A stretch of DNA of 64,000 nt from an uncultured Gemmatimonadales bacterium (GCA_963828735.1 CAWHFW010000006.1:32001-96000); one strand, 5' to 3'; shown: positions 22,042 to 30,828, counted from the stretch's first letter. Translations and numbers: made by a program. Notes: generated by a model not told the origin, from the sequence alone.

Positions 22042-22186
22042 ACCGAGAAGTCGAAGACTTCATCGGAAAAGTGGTAGGTCGAAGAAGGGTGGAGCAGGCA
22101 CTTCGGCCTGTCTCCGTAAACTCAGGGGGCGATCTACCACCTCTCTACCGAACGGCCCGTCCATGATGGACGGGCCGTTCGTTTTG
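22042..22186 (+). ncRNA. Candidate sigma54-dependent structured small RNA (~145 nt)
   Basis: Lies between the sigma54 promoter and a terminator, with no credible ORF. Hairpin 1 CCGAGAAGTC-GAA-GACTTCATCGG; long stem GTGGTAGGTCG/CGATCTACCAC enclosing GGAGCAGGC..GCCTGTCTCC; terminal hairpin. Confidence 0.7.
22149..22186 (+). terminator. Rho-independent terminator (possibly bidirectional)
   Basis: Perfect inverted repeat CGAACGGCCCGTCCAT-G-ATGGACGGGCCGTTCG followed by TTTTGT; convergent rraA ends at 22204. Confidence 0.85.
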
Positions 22187-22203
22187 TATCGTCAGCTCGT
22201 GCG

Positions 22204-22689
22204 CTACGGCACGAGCAGATCTCGGTCGGCCACTACGATCCCGTCGCGGTCCGCGTACAAGTGGCAGCCGCGCGTGAAGGTGATCCCCGCGAACGTCACC
22301 GGAAGCCCCTGCTCCCCCGCCCCGGTCCTGCTGCTCTTCCGGGGCACGACGTCGAGCGCCTTGATCCCGATCGCGATGGCCCCGATCTCCCCGGTGTCGC
22401 GAATGCACCCGTGGATCACGATGCCGGTCCAGCCGTTCCGCAGACCCAGCGCGGCCAGGTTGCCGCCGACCAGCGCCGTCCGGCGCGACCCGCCTCCATC
22501 CACCACCAGCACCCGGCCGCGTCCCGGCGACTCCAGCACCTGCCGCACGAGCGCGTTGTCCTCGAGGACCCGCACGGTCTCGACCGCACCCGAAAAAGCG
22601 ACCGAGCCGCCCCAATCACGCAGGAGCGGCTCGGCAACGCGGACCTCCGCGCCGAACTCGTCGCAGAGATCGGCCGTGACCACGGGCAT
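22204..22689 (-). CDS. rraA: RraA family protein (RNase E regulator / HMG aldolase-like)
   Basis: MPVVTADLCD, EDNALVR, VLVVDGGGS, ALVGGNLA, GCIRD, ADRDGIVV. Confidence 0.93.
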   Translation of the reverse strand: MPVVTADLCDEFGAEVRVAEPLLRDWGGSVAFSGAVETVRVLEDNALVRQVLESPGRGRVLVVDGGGSRRTALVGGNLAALGLRNGWTGIVIHGCIRDTGEIGAIAIGIKALDVVPRKSSRTGAGEQGLPVTFAGITFTRGCHLYADRDGIVVADRDLLVP

Positions 22690-24848
22690 CAGCGGGGCGG
22701 TCGCTCGACGGGGACCGTGCGGTCGGCGCACAGGTGCCGGCGCATGCGCTCCACTTCGGCACGCATCTCGGCGAGGTCGGCCTCCATCCGCTCGAGCGAG
22801 CGAAGCAGCTCGACGACGGCGGCTCCGGTAACGGCGTCGGCCGGCACGCGCGCCGGCGGCGCGTGAGGCTCGGGCGTGCCGGCGACCGGTGGCCGCGGCT
22901 CGGGCACCATGACGGTGGTCCTCCCGCGCACCCGCCGCGGCTCGAGGACGAACGTCCATAGCAGCGCCACGATGGCCAGCACGACCAGGACCGCCTGCGC
23001 GCCGAGCGATTCGGCCGTCGGGTAGATGCCGAGCGCGGGGATGCGTGGCGCCCAGGGGAGAATCGTGGTCCCGATCAGATCGCCTTCCTGCAGCTCGGCG
23101 ATGCCCTTGCCGGCGAAGACGAACGCCATGTAGTAGAGGAAGGCGCTCGTGACGGCGAAGAACGGCTTGAGCGGGAGGCGCACCCCGAATCGGTTGATGG
23201 CGATGTAGACGCCGACCAGGATGATCGCGCCGGCGACGATACCGGCCACCACGGGCATCGTGGCGCCCGCTCCCGCCACGAACAGCGCCTTGTAGAACAG
23301 CACCGTCTCGAACCCCTCGCGATAGACCGCGAGGAAGGCAGCGGAGGCGAGGGCCAGGGCGGAGCCGCTGTCGAGCGCGTCCTGCACCTTGCTCTTCACG
23401 AAGCGGTTCCACTTGACCACTTCCATCTTGGACAGCAGCCAGTAGCTGACGTAGAACAGCACGCCGGTCGCGACCACCATCGTGGCGCCCTCGAGCGCCT
23501 CGCGGTGCGCCGGGCTCAGGACGAAGATGGTCTCGAGCGCCACGGCCGTGAGCAGGCTGGCGCCCACCGCCGCCCCGACACCGATATTGATGTCCCGCTT
23601 GCGGTGGCTCGCGCCCATCTTCACGAGGAAGGTCATCAAGGCGCCGACGATCAGGATCGCCTCGAGCCCCTCGCGCAGCATGATGATGAACGACTGGAGG
23701 AACAGGTTGAGCGAGGAATCCCGATCGCCCAGCATGCGCTCGGCGTTTTCGAGTCCGGCGTCGAGCTGCCGCCGCAGCGCCGTCAGCTCCGCCGGCGTCG
23801 CGCCTCCGGCGGCGCGGGTCCGGAGGGAGGCGAAGGCGGTCTCGAGCTCGGTGGCGAGATTCGGACTCTTGGCCCGCACCCCGGGCTCGACCTGCTCGAA
23901 GGTCATGTATGCATCGAACGCGCGCGCGCTCGCCGCGGGGTCCCCCGCGCGGGCAAGGGTGAACGCCGAGTCGAGCTGTCGCCGCACCTGTGCGAAGACC
24001 TCGGCGGTGGCGCCACCCGTGTGATCGGCCTGGAAGGTGCGCACGGCGGCGAGCCGGCCGAGCGCCTCGGGATCGGCGGCGTTGCCGGCGCCGAGGGCCG
24101 CGAGCACCTGGTCGTCCGACATTTTGCCGCTCGTGGCGAAGGCGCGGAGCGACGGCGGCACCTCGCCGCGAGGCGCGGGCAGCCGGAGCACGCTCGCGTA
24201 GAGCGCGGTGGCCCACCGATCTTCGACCGGCAAGCGGCCCTCGAACGCCGGCATCGCCGTGCCGACGGTGCCGATGCTGATGCGGCGGTAGTAGTCGAGC
24301 GGAGAGACGTCCCGAAGGGCCGACCCGTCGGCCAGGTTCGCGGGCGGGGGCGAGAGGCCGGCGGCCTGGGGACCGTCACCGCGGCCCACGGCGCCATGGC
24401 AGCCGGCGCAGTTCGCCTGGTAGACCTCGGCGCCGCGGGAGAGTGCGGGAGTGAGCGACGGCAGCTCATCGAGCGTGACGCCGAGCCGCGTCGTCAGGCC
24501 TTCGCCAAGCGACCGGACCCGCGCGTCGAGCGAATCGGGCGGCGCGGTCTCGGCGACGAGCCGCAGCAACCTGTCGATGTCGCCGGTCGCCGCTTTGGCC
24601 GCGTCCCCCGGCAGCAACGCTGCCGAGCGTCGGGCCTCCTGGAGGAAAAGAGTCGCCTCCTCCACCTCGGCCTTGGCCACGACCCGACCGTCTACGACTC
24701 CGACCCGGTACTCCTGGGCCGCCAGCTGCGCGGTGGCCGCTACCCGACGGGCAACGGGCGCCCGATCCTGAGCCACGCTGGGCTCCTGCTGCTGCGGCAA
24801 CGCCGCCGCTGCCAACAGGATCGGGAGGATGCCATCAATGAGAATCAT
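22689..24848 (-). CDS. Cytochrome c / FTR1 family iron permease fusion (PbrT/EfeU-like)
   Basis: Heme motif CAGCHG..GRGDGP with TAMPAF; two REGxE motifs (LREGLEA, YREGFET); multiple TM helices. Confidence 0.92.
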   Translation of the reverse strand: MILIDGILPILLAAAALPQQQEPSVAQDRAPVARRVAATAQLAAQEYRVGVVDGRVVAKAEVEEATLFLQEARRSAALLPGDAAKAATGDIDRLLRLVAETAPPDSLDARVRSLGEGLTTRLGVTLDELPSLTPALSRGAEVYQANCAGCHGAVGRGDGPQAAGLSPPPANLADGSALRDVSPLDYYRRISIGTVGTAMPAFEGRLPVEDRWATALYASVLRLPAPRGEVPPSLRAFATSGKMSDDQVLAALGAGNAADPEALGRLAAVRTFQADHTGGATAEVFAQVRRQLDSAFTLARAGDPAASARAFDAYMTFEQVEPGVRAKSPNLATELETAFASLRTRAAGGATPAELTALRRQLDAGLENAERMLGDRDSSLNLFLQSFIIMLREGLEAILIVGALMTFLVKMGASHRKRDINIGVGAAVGASLLTAVALETIFVLSPAHREALEGATMVVATGVLFYVSYWLLSKMEVVKWNRFVKSKVQDALDSGSALALASAAFLAVYREGFETVLFYKALFVAGAGATMPVVAGIVAGAIILVGVYIAINRFGVRLPLKPFFAVTSAFLYYMAFVFAGKGIAELQEGDLIGTTILPWAPRIPALGIYPTAESLGAQAVLVVLAIVALLWTFVLEPRRVRGRTTVMVPEPRPPVAGTPEPHAPPARVPADAVTGAAVVELLRSLERMEADLAEMRAEVERMRRHLCADRTVPVERPPR

Positions 24849-24853
24849 TTTCA
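24839..24853. promoter_or_regulatory. Fur-box-like 7-1-7 operator
   Basis: TGAGAAT-C-ATTTTCA versus consensus TGATAAT-N-ATTATCA (2 mismatches); overlaps the FTR1 gene start codon. Confidence 0.75.
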
Positions 24854-25058
24854 GTCGGTCTGCGAAACATGAGCCTAAACTAGAGTCCGCAGGTCGGAAT
24901 TGCTAGAGAGGAGGCCAGCGCACGTGGATATCGCCAGGTGGGACGCCCGCGCGGTCGCGGCGACAGTGTCAACGCAGCGCCCGGCCATCTCCCGGCAGGA
25001 TGGCTGCGGACTTGTTGTTAGGCCTGCGGGCTGCTCCAGCCAAGTCTCTGATTATCGG

Positions 25059-25448
25059 TCACCGGGCCGTTCCAACCACCGCCACGGCCCCCGCCGAGGT
25101 CGCGGAATGGGTGAGCGAGACCTGCACCACCAGTCCACCGTGCTCGGCTGCGAGCTGTTCCGCCAGGCCGTGGAGTCGAATGGCCGGGCGGCCGTCGCCG
25201 TCCCGTAGCACCTCGATATCGCGCCAGCCTATGGCTCGGGCTCCCTGCAGCGATTGCAGCGCCTTGTACACCGCCTCCTTCGCGGCGATCCGCGCGGCTG
25301 CATGGCCGGTGGGGTCGGGACGGGTGGCAAGGTACGCGCGCTCGTCGTCGGTGAAGAACCGTTGCATGGCATAGTCGCCCTTGTTGGCGAACAGGCGGGC
25401 CACGCGTTCCAGGTCCACCAGGTCGATCCCAACGCCGATGACGTTCAC
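25059..25448 (-). CDS. acpS: Holo-ACP synthase
   Basis: IGVGIDLV, FFTDDE, AARIAAKEAVYKAL, VSLTH. Confidence 0.93.
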   Translation of the reverse strand: MNVIGVGIDLVDLERVARLFANKGDYAMQRFFTDDERAYLATRPDPTGHAAARIAAKEAVYKALQSLQGARAIGWRDIEVLRDGDGRPAIRLHGLAEQLAAEHGGLVVQVSLTHSATSAGAVAVVGTAR

Positions 25449-26200
25449 AGCCAGCTCCACACGATGGCGGCAAGGCCCCGTAGCGGGGGCGGCACCGGGA
25501 CGTAGCCGCCGAGCACGAGGCCCAGGTAGACGGCGACCCCGAGCAGGACTGCCGTCATGGTCCACACCGGCCAGCCGGGCCGCCGCCAGTCCCTCACCTG
25601 GGCGATCTCCGCCGCCCAGCGATCCTGCTCGGCGCGAGACGCTGCTTCGAGCGCCAGCCATGCCGCCTCGAGCCGCCGCGCGGCCGCGGCCACGGCGGCC
25701 TGCCAGCTCCGTGCGCCGGCGAGGTCCTTCCCCCGCGCTCCGGCCGTCACGTTCGCCGCCTGTTCCATCGCATCGAGTGCCGCCACGAACGGGCCTCCGC
25801 CGCTTCCGAGCCGGGCCGCGACCGCCCGGGTGTCCTCATCGGTGAGGAGGAGTCGTGCGAGCCGCCGCGGCGGATAGCGCGACTCCTCGGCGGCCACCTG
25901 CAGCCCCGTGTTCGCCTCGGCCGCGATCCGGGCGGCAGCCGCAGCCACCGCCCTCTCCCACAAGCCGAGCCACGCCACCCGCCCGAGCGAGGCAACCGCG
26001 CCATCACGGTCGCCGGCCGCGCCGAACGACCGGCCCGCGCCCGCGAGGTCGAACACCCCGGTGACGAGGTCGGTCCGGATGTCGTCGAAGGCGAGGCGCA
26101 ACGCGCCGCGCGCGACGCCGGTGGGCGCGACCAGCTGCCCAAGGGAAGGCCCGAGCTCGGGCACGACCCAGGCGGATTCGGGGTGAGACGCCATGGTCAC
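25445..26200 (-). CDS. Hypothetical protein with C-terminal TM helix
   Basis: Ala-rich helical protein, C-terminal hydrophobic segment; overlaps both neighbours by 4 nt. Confidence 0.7.
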   Translation of the reverse strand: MTMASHPESAWVVPELGPSLGQLVAPTGVARGALRLAFDDIRTDLVTGVFDLAGAGRSFGAAGDRDGAVASLGRVAWLGLWERAVAAAAARIAAEANTGLQVAAEESRYPPRRLARLLLTDEDTRAVAARLGSGGGPFVAALDAMEQAANVTAGARGKDLAGARSWQAAVAAAARRLEAAWLALEAASRAEQDRWAAEIAQVRDWRRPGWPVWTMTAVLLGVAVYLGLVLGGYVPVPPPLRGLAAIVWSWL

Positions 26201-26766
26201 GGGAAAGCGAGGAGGGCGGTGGTCCCGCTGCGCGCCTCGAAACGGCGCACGAATTCGGTCAGGGAATCCGCGCTGAATGCCTGGCGCGGAAGGCCGGACA
26301 CCTCGATGGCGCGCTCGATCGCGGCGGGCCGGCCCTCGATCTCGACCAGCGGATCCATCCGCGGATAGTACTCCAGGCGGACGGCCGCTCCATCCAGGTC
26401 GAAGATCTCGACGTCACGATCCATGGCGTGCACGACCTCGTACCCGAGGGCCGACAGCAACTCGTGAGGTGACGCGTCGGCAGCGCCGGTCACGGGAAGT
26501 TCCAGTTCGGCCCGCTGCTTGTAGCCCTGGAGCGAGCGACGCGCGGGCCCCTTCCATCCGAGCACCGCCGTGATCCGACCGTCGGGGCGATGGTAGCTCC
26601 GCACGCGCAGCACTTCGTCTCGGCCAGCGAGCTCGCCACCCGGCCGATCGTAGCGCCGGTCGCTCATCCGGCCGCGGAACCGTTCGACGGCCCCGGCGGC
26701 CAGCAAGCCGGCGCGCAGCGAATCGGGATCGGGAATGACGGCCTTGAGCTCCAGCTCGTCAGGCAT
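26197..26766 (-). CDS. CYTH domain protein (class IV adenylate cyclase / triphosphatase-like)
   Basis: N-terminal ELELK (ExExK), LRVR, WKGP, ELE, LVEIE. Confidence 0.85.
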   Translation of the reverse strand: MPDELELKAVIPDPDSLRAGLLAAGAVERFRGRMSDRRYDRPGGELAGRDEVLRVRSYHRPDGRITAVLGWKGPARRSLQGYKQRAELELPVTGAADASPHELLSALGYEVVHAMDRDVEIFDLDGAAVRLEYYPRMDPLVEIEGRPAAIERAIEVSGLPRQAFSADSLTEFVRRFEARSGTTALLAFP

Positions 26767-26787
26767 GCGGTGGCGGCGTCCTCTCGC

Positions 26788-27486
26788 TCACTCGAGGATC
26801 GCGCCCACGACCGCGTCGGTGTTCTGGAGGTCCTCGAAGACGACGTGAGGACCGCACGCCTCGAGATCGGCCACGGAGTAGGACCCGGTCGCCACCGCGA
26901 CCGCGCGCGCCTCGATGCCCGAGCCGCAGGCGACGTCCGCCGGCGTGTCGCCGATGATGACGACCTCGGCGCCGCGCGGGACGCGGCCGAAGATGGCCTC
27001 GGCGCGGCGCGCGGCGATGGGCGGCAGGTCGGACCGGTGGGCCGAGTCGGATCCGTACGCGCCCACGCGGAATCGCTCGGGCGCGATCCCGCCGGAGCGG
27101 AGCTTGAGCGCGGCGCCCTCCGCCAGGTTGCCGGTCAGGAGGCCGAGCACCACGCCGGGCTCGGCCTCGAGCCGTTTCAGCAGTGGATGCACGCCCGGCA
27201 TGATTGTCGTGCGGGCGACGGGGCGCTGGAGCTCACGCGCGAGATACGCGACGTAGCGGTCGCACAGCGCGCGAACCCGGGGCGACTCACGCGTCTCGAC
27301 CTGCCCCGCCGCCTCGAGCATCTCGGTGACGATCTGCGGATCCGTCTTGCCGTCGAACCGGATGGTCTCGAAGGCGGGGACCGGTCCGACTTCCTCGGTC
27401 AGCGCGGCGAGGATCGCCCGGCGGCCGGCGCCCGCGGTGAGCAGGATGGTGCCGTCGATGTCGAACAGGACCAGCTTCCGCGTCAC
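26788..27486 (-). CDS. HAD family hydrolase
   Basis: LFDIDGTIL, GKTD, LLTGN, IIGDTPADV. Confidence 0.92.
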   Translation of the reverse strand: MTRKLVLFDIDGTILLTAGAGRRAILAALTEEVGPVPAFETIRFDGKTDPQIVTEMLEAAGQVETRESPRVRALCDRYVAYLARELQRPVARTTIMPGVHPLLKRLEAEPGVVLGLLTGNLAEGAALKLRSGGIAPERFRVGAYGSDSAHRSDLPPIAARRAEAIFGRVPRGAEVVIIGDTPADVACGSGIEARAVAVATGSYSVADLEACGPHVVFEDLQNTDAVVGAILE

Positions 27487-28265
27487 CGCTCCTCCAGCCG
27501 CCTCACGGCGACGAGCCGCTCACGGAGCGACGCGGCCCGGCTCCCCGGCAGCCAGGGCTCCTGAACCATACCGCCCACGGACAGCGTCGAATGGACCAGG
27601 GTATCCGCCTCGCCCGCGAAGGCGACGTGCGTGACGCGCTCCCGGTCGTCGCGGAAGAACAGCAGGTCGCCGGGACGAATCGCGTCGGCCGACACCGGCG
27701 CTCCGCAGGTGACCTGTTGCGACGAATCGCGGGGCAGCGACACGCCGCGGGCGAGGAAGGTCGTCTGCACGACACCCGAGCAATCGACACCGCACGGCGT
27801 GACCCCGCCCCATTCGTATGGCGCCCCGGCGAAGTACTCGAGCGCCCAGCGCTCGGGCGCCTTGGCACGCGCCGCCGCGACCGCCTCCTCGCCGGGGGTG
27901 ACGACGCCCTCGACGAGTCGAGCGCGCCGGCCATCGGGCAGGCCGATCGTCTCGCCGTTCATGGCCACCCGGGCCCGAAGCGGGAGGCGCACGCGCACGT
28001 CGCCCGCGCGGACCACCGCCCCCTGGCTCCAGCCGCTGGCGTCCTGCTGCCACGCGTCCGCGTCCGCCTCGGGGACTTCCGCGCAGTACCCTACGTGGAC
28101 CCAGCCGACGTACTGGTCCACGTGCGTGCGCACCTTCCGCCACTCGCGGGCCGCCTCGAGAATGGTGGCGACTTCACCGAGGACGAGCTGGCTCGTCTGC
28201 TCGGAGCGGAGGGTCGGCTCCGCGTGGAGGGGAGCGATGGCGGCCCGCGCGATGAGATGAGTCAC
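27483..28265 (-). CDS. SH3 + NlpC/P60 (C40) cell-wall peptidase
   Basis: SEQTSQLVLGE..YVGWV (SH3b-like); PYEWGGVTPCGVDCSG, LPRDSSQQ, PGDLLFF, THV. Confidence 0.92.
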   Translation of the reverse strand: MTHLIARAAIAPLHAEPTLRSEQTSQLVLGEVATILEAAREWRKVRTHVDQYVGWVHVGYCAEVPEADADAWQQDASGWSQGAVVRAGDVRVRLPLRARVAMNGETIGLPDGRRARLVEGVVTPGEEAVAAARAKAPERWALEYFAGAPYEWGGVTPCGVDCSGVVQTTFLARGVSLPRDSSQQVTCGAPVSADAIRPGDLLFFRDDRERVTHVAFAGEADTLVHSTLSVGGMVQEPWLPGSRAASLRERLVAVRRLEER

Positions 28266-28435
28266 GAGCTGGCGGCGTCCTTGGCGGCGCACTCGCGGCA
28301 GAGGGTCACGCCCTGAAAGGTGCAGATGAGGCAGATGAACGTCCCGCAGCGCGTACAGGGATAGCCCTCGGACGCGCGCTCCTCGCGCCCGCAGGCCCGG
28401 CACCCCATGGCGTCGTGCTCCTTGATGTCGGCCAT
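28262..28435 (-). CDS. Small 57-aa protein with four CxxC motifs (double zinc-finger-like)
   Basis: Hand translation: MADIKEHDAMGCRACGREERASEGYPCTRCGTFICLICTFQGVTLCRECAAKDAASS*; GAGG RBS; GTGA overlap with the NlpC gene; not in the ORF track. Confidence 0.8.
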   Translation of the reverse strand: MADIKEHDAMGCRACGREERASEGYPCTRCGTFICLICTFQGVTLCRECAAKDAASS

Positions 28436-28442
28436 GGCGACC

Positions 28443-29789
28443 TCAGGAGGTGAGGTTGTAGCGCTTGATCTTGTTGATCAACGTGGCCCGCGAAATGCCC
28501 AGCTCGATGGCGGCGCGGGTGCGGTTGCCGGTGTGGTGCTTCAGCGTGCGCTCGATGTGCTGGCGCTCGAGGTCCTCGAGGCTGAGCGGCGTGTGACGAC
28601 GATCGCCGATGCCGGGACGCGCCCGGAACTCACCCGGCAGATGCTCGACGCTCACCGCGGCCGACCCACGGCCCAGGATGAGGGCGCGCTCCAGCACGTT
28701 ACGCATCTCGCGCACGTTGCCGGGCCAGCCGTAGGCCAGCAGGCGGTCGAGCACTTCGCTCGAGAGGGTCGGCGGGCCGTCCGGCAGCTCGGCCCGCAGG
28801 TCGTTCATGAGCCGGGTGATGAGGCCGAGTCGGTCCTCGCGCGAGCGATCGCGCACCGCAGGCAGCTGAAGCGGCATGACGCTCAGCCGGTAGTACAGGT
28901 CCTCCCGGAACCGGAGCTCCTCGACCTCGGTCTGCAGCTCCTTGTTCGTGGCGGCGACCAGCCGCACGTCCACGGTGATCTCGCGCGTGCCGCCGAGCCG
29001 GCGGAACGTCTTCGTCTCGAGCACTTTCAGCAGCTTGGGCTGGAGCTCGGGCGCGAGGTCCCCGATCTCGTCGAGAAAGATCGTGCCGTGGTCGGCGATC
29101 TCGAACAGGCCCTGCTTGCGATCCTTGGCGTCCGTGAAGGCGCCCTTCTCGTGCCCGAACAGCTCGGAGTCGAGGAAGGTCGCGTTGAGGCCGGCGCAGT
29201 TGACCTCCACGAACGGCGCGCGGGCGCGCGGGCTCAGGTCGTGGATCATCCGCGCCACCCACCCCTTGCCGGTGCCGCTCTCGCCGGTCAGGAGGACGGT
29301 GGTGCGCTCGCTCTGCGCCAGCAGCGCGACCTGGTGGGCGAAGTCCTGCATGCCCGACGACGACCCGAGTGAATCGAGCCCGTGGTCCGGTGCGCTCTGC
29401 ACCAGGAGCGCCTCGTTGACGCGGCGGAGCCGAGCCTTGTCGGCCACGCGCGCGGTGGCCGCGGCGAGGTGCTCCATGTCGACCGGCTTGGTCAGGAAAT
29501 TCTCGGCGCCGAGCTGCATGGCCCGGACCGCCGTGGCGACGTCGCTCTCGCCGGTCAACAGGATGACCGCCGCGTCCCGTTGGCGCAGGTGCTCGAGCAC
29601 CTCCATACCGTCCATGCCCGGCAACCGAAGGTCCAGGATGACCACTTCCGGCCGCAGTCGGTCGAACGTGGCCAGGCCCGCCTCCCCGCTCAGCTCCCGG
29701 GTAACCTCGTAGCTCAGGCGCTCGAAGTAGTTCCCGATGCTGCGCAGCACGTCGACATCGTCATCGATGAGGAGGACGGATCCGGCCAT
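28443..29789 (-). CDS. Sigma54-dependent (NtrC-family) response regulator
   Basis: Receiver (LIDDD, LDLRLPG), GESGTGK, SELFGHEKGAFTDA, FLDEIG, WPGNVRE, C-terminal Fis HTH (GNRTRAAIELGISRATL). Confidence 0.95.
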   Translation of the reverse strand: MAGSVLLIDDDVDVLRSIGNYFERLSYEVTRELSGEAGLATFDRLRPEVVILDLRLPGMDGMEVLEHLRQRDAAVILLTGESDVATAVRAMQLGAENFLTKPVDMEHLAAATARVADKARLRRVNEALLVQSAPDHGLDSLGSSSGMQDFAHQVALLAQSERTTVLLTGESGTGKGWVARMIHDLSPRARAPFVEVNCAGLNATFLDSELFGHEKGAFTDAKDRKQGLFEIADHGTIFLDEIGDLAPELQPKLLKVLETKTFRRLGGTREITVDVRLVAATNKELQTEVEELRFREDLYYRLSVMPLQLPAVRDRSREDRLGLITRLMNDLRAELPDGPPTLSSEVLDRLLAYGWPGNVREMRNVLERALILGRGSAAVSVEHLPGEFRARPGIGDRRHTPLSLEDLERQHIERTLKHHTGNRTRAAIELGISRATLINKIKRYNLTS

Positions 29790-29806
29790 GGATAGCCCTA
29801 GAGAGA

Positions 29807-29895
29807 AGTCGTGGGTCGTCAGTCAGGTCGCAAGCGTGCGCCACAGGCCGTATGACCAATGACCCACGACTCACGACCCCCGGACCCATGCCCAC
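29807..29895. repeat. Inverted repeat built from heptamer (YGACYMA) units
   Basis: AGTCGTGGGTCGTCAGTCA (29807-25) pairs with TGACCAATGACCCACGACT (29853-71); run TGACCAA TGACCCA CGACTCA CGACCCC. Confidence 0.6.
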
Positions 29896-29928
29896 CAAAA
29901 ACTAGTCACCTCGCGCCCATCCGCCACC

Positions 29929-30828
29929 TCACCCGCCGGGCACCATGATGTTGATGGCCCGGGGGACGACCGTGGCCGTGAACGGCGTCTCTCCGCCGGG
30001 CTCACCATCGAGCTGCACGGGGTGGATCGGGTCGCTCTCGACGCGGACCTCGCGCCCTCGCGCGTACCCGACGTAGGTGTCCAGCCCCTCGACATCCGGC
30101 GCCATGCGCAGAATGTCCCATACCGCGCGCAGGCTCTGCCCGAAGTTGTTGGCTCGGACGACCACGACGTCGAGCAGCCCGTCATCGGGGCGGATGCCGG
30201 ACCCGAGGCGGATGTAGGGAGGAATCACTTCCCCGCAGTTCGCGACCAGCACCATCGCGGCATTGGCATCGTAGGCTACGCCATCGATCGTGATGACGTG
30301 GTCGGTGCTGCGGATCTCGCCGATCAGGCGCAGGGTGGTGGCGACGTATGCGGCCATGCCCCAGCGCCGCTTGTGCTCGCTCAGCGTGCCGGCCATGACC
30401 CGGGCGTCGTACCCCGCGCCGCACGCCACCGCGAAATAGTGGAGACCGTCGGCCCGCTCCATGCGGCCGAGGTCGAAGGGCCTCGGCCGGGCGCTGACGA
30501 GCGCCTGCGCCGCGCGGGCCGGCGCCGAAGGGATGCGGAGGTTGCCCGCGAGCAGGTTCCCCGTCCCGCCTGGGATGACGCCAAGGCTCACTTCCGTCCC
30601 GACCAGGGCGGCCGCGGCCTGCATGGTGGTCCCATCGCCACCGAACACCGCGACGACATCCACCCCCTGCGCCACGCCCTCGGCCGCGAGCAGGCGCGCA
30701 TCGCCCGGCCCGGTCGTGGCGGCCAGGTCGGCCTTCCATCCTGCCGCGAGGATAGTCCGCATGACCGCATCCACCGAGCGGGGCCGCGTGCGCGCCGCCG
30801 CGGGGTTGGTAATGCAGAGGACCCGCAC
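29929..30828 (-). CDS. Diacylglycerol/lipid kinase family (YegS-like)
   Basis: ITNPAA, GGDGT, IPGGTGNLLA, GAGYDA, DDGLLD, QLDGE. Confidence 0.92.
   Translation of the reverse strand: MRVLCITNPAAARTRPRSVDAVMRTILAAGWKADLAATTGPGDARLLAAEGVAQGVDVVAVFGGDGTTMQAAAALVGTEVSLGVIPGGTGNLLAGNLRIPSAPARAAQALVSARPRPFDLGRMERADGLHYFAVACGAGYDARVMAGTLSEHKRRWGMAAYVATTLRLIGEIRSTDHVITIDGVAYDANAAMVLVANCGEVIPPYIRLGSGIRPDDGLLDVVVVRANNFGQSLRAVWDILRMAPDVEGLDTYVGYARGREVRVESDPIHPVQLDGEPGGETPFTATVVPRAINIMVPGG

Noticed and set aside
22071..22166. 31-codon GTG ORF inside the sRNA candidate (VVGRRRVEQALRPVSVNSGGDLPPLYRTARP)
   Set aside because: No good RBS, the start is buried in a stem, and it runs into the terminator. RNA structure explains the sequence better.
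29807..29895. CRISPR array (also considered for 60103-60160)
   Set aside because: Units are 7-15 nt tandem repeats without unique spacers, and there are no cas genes.
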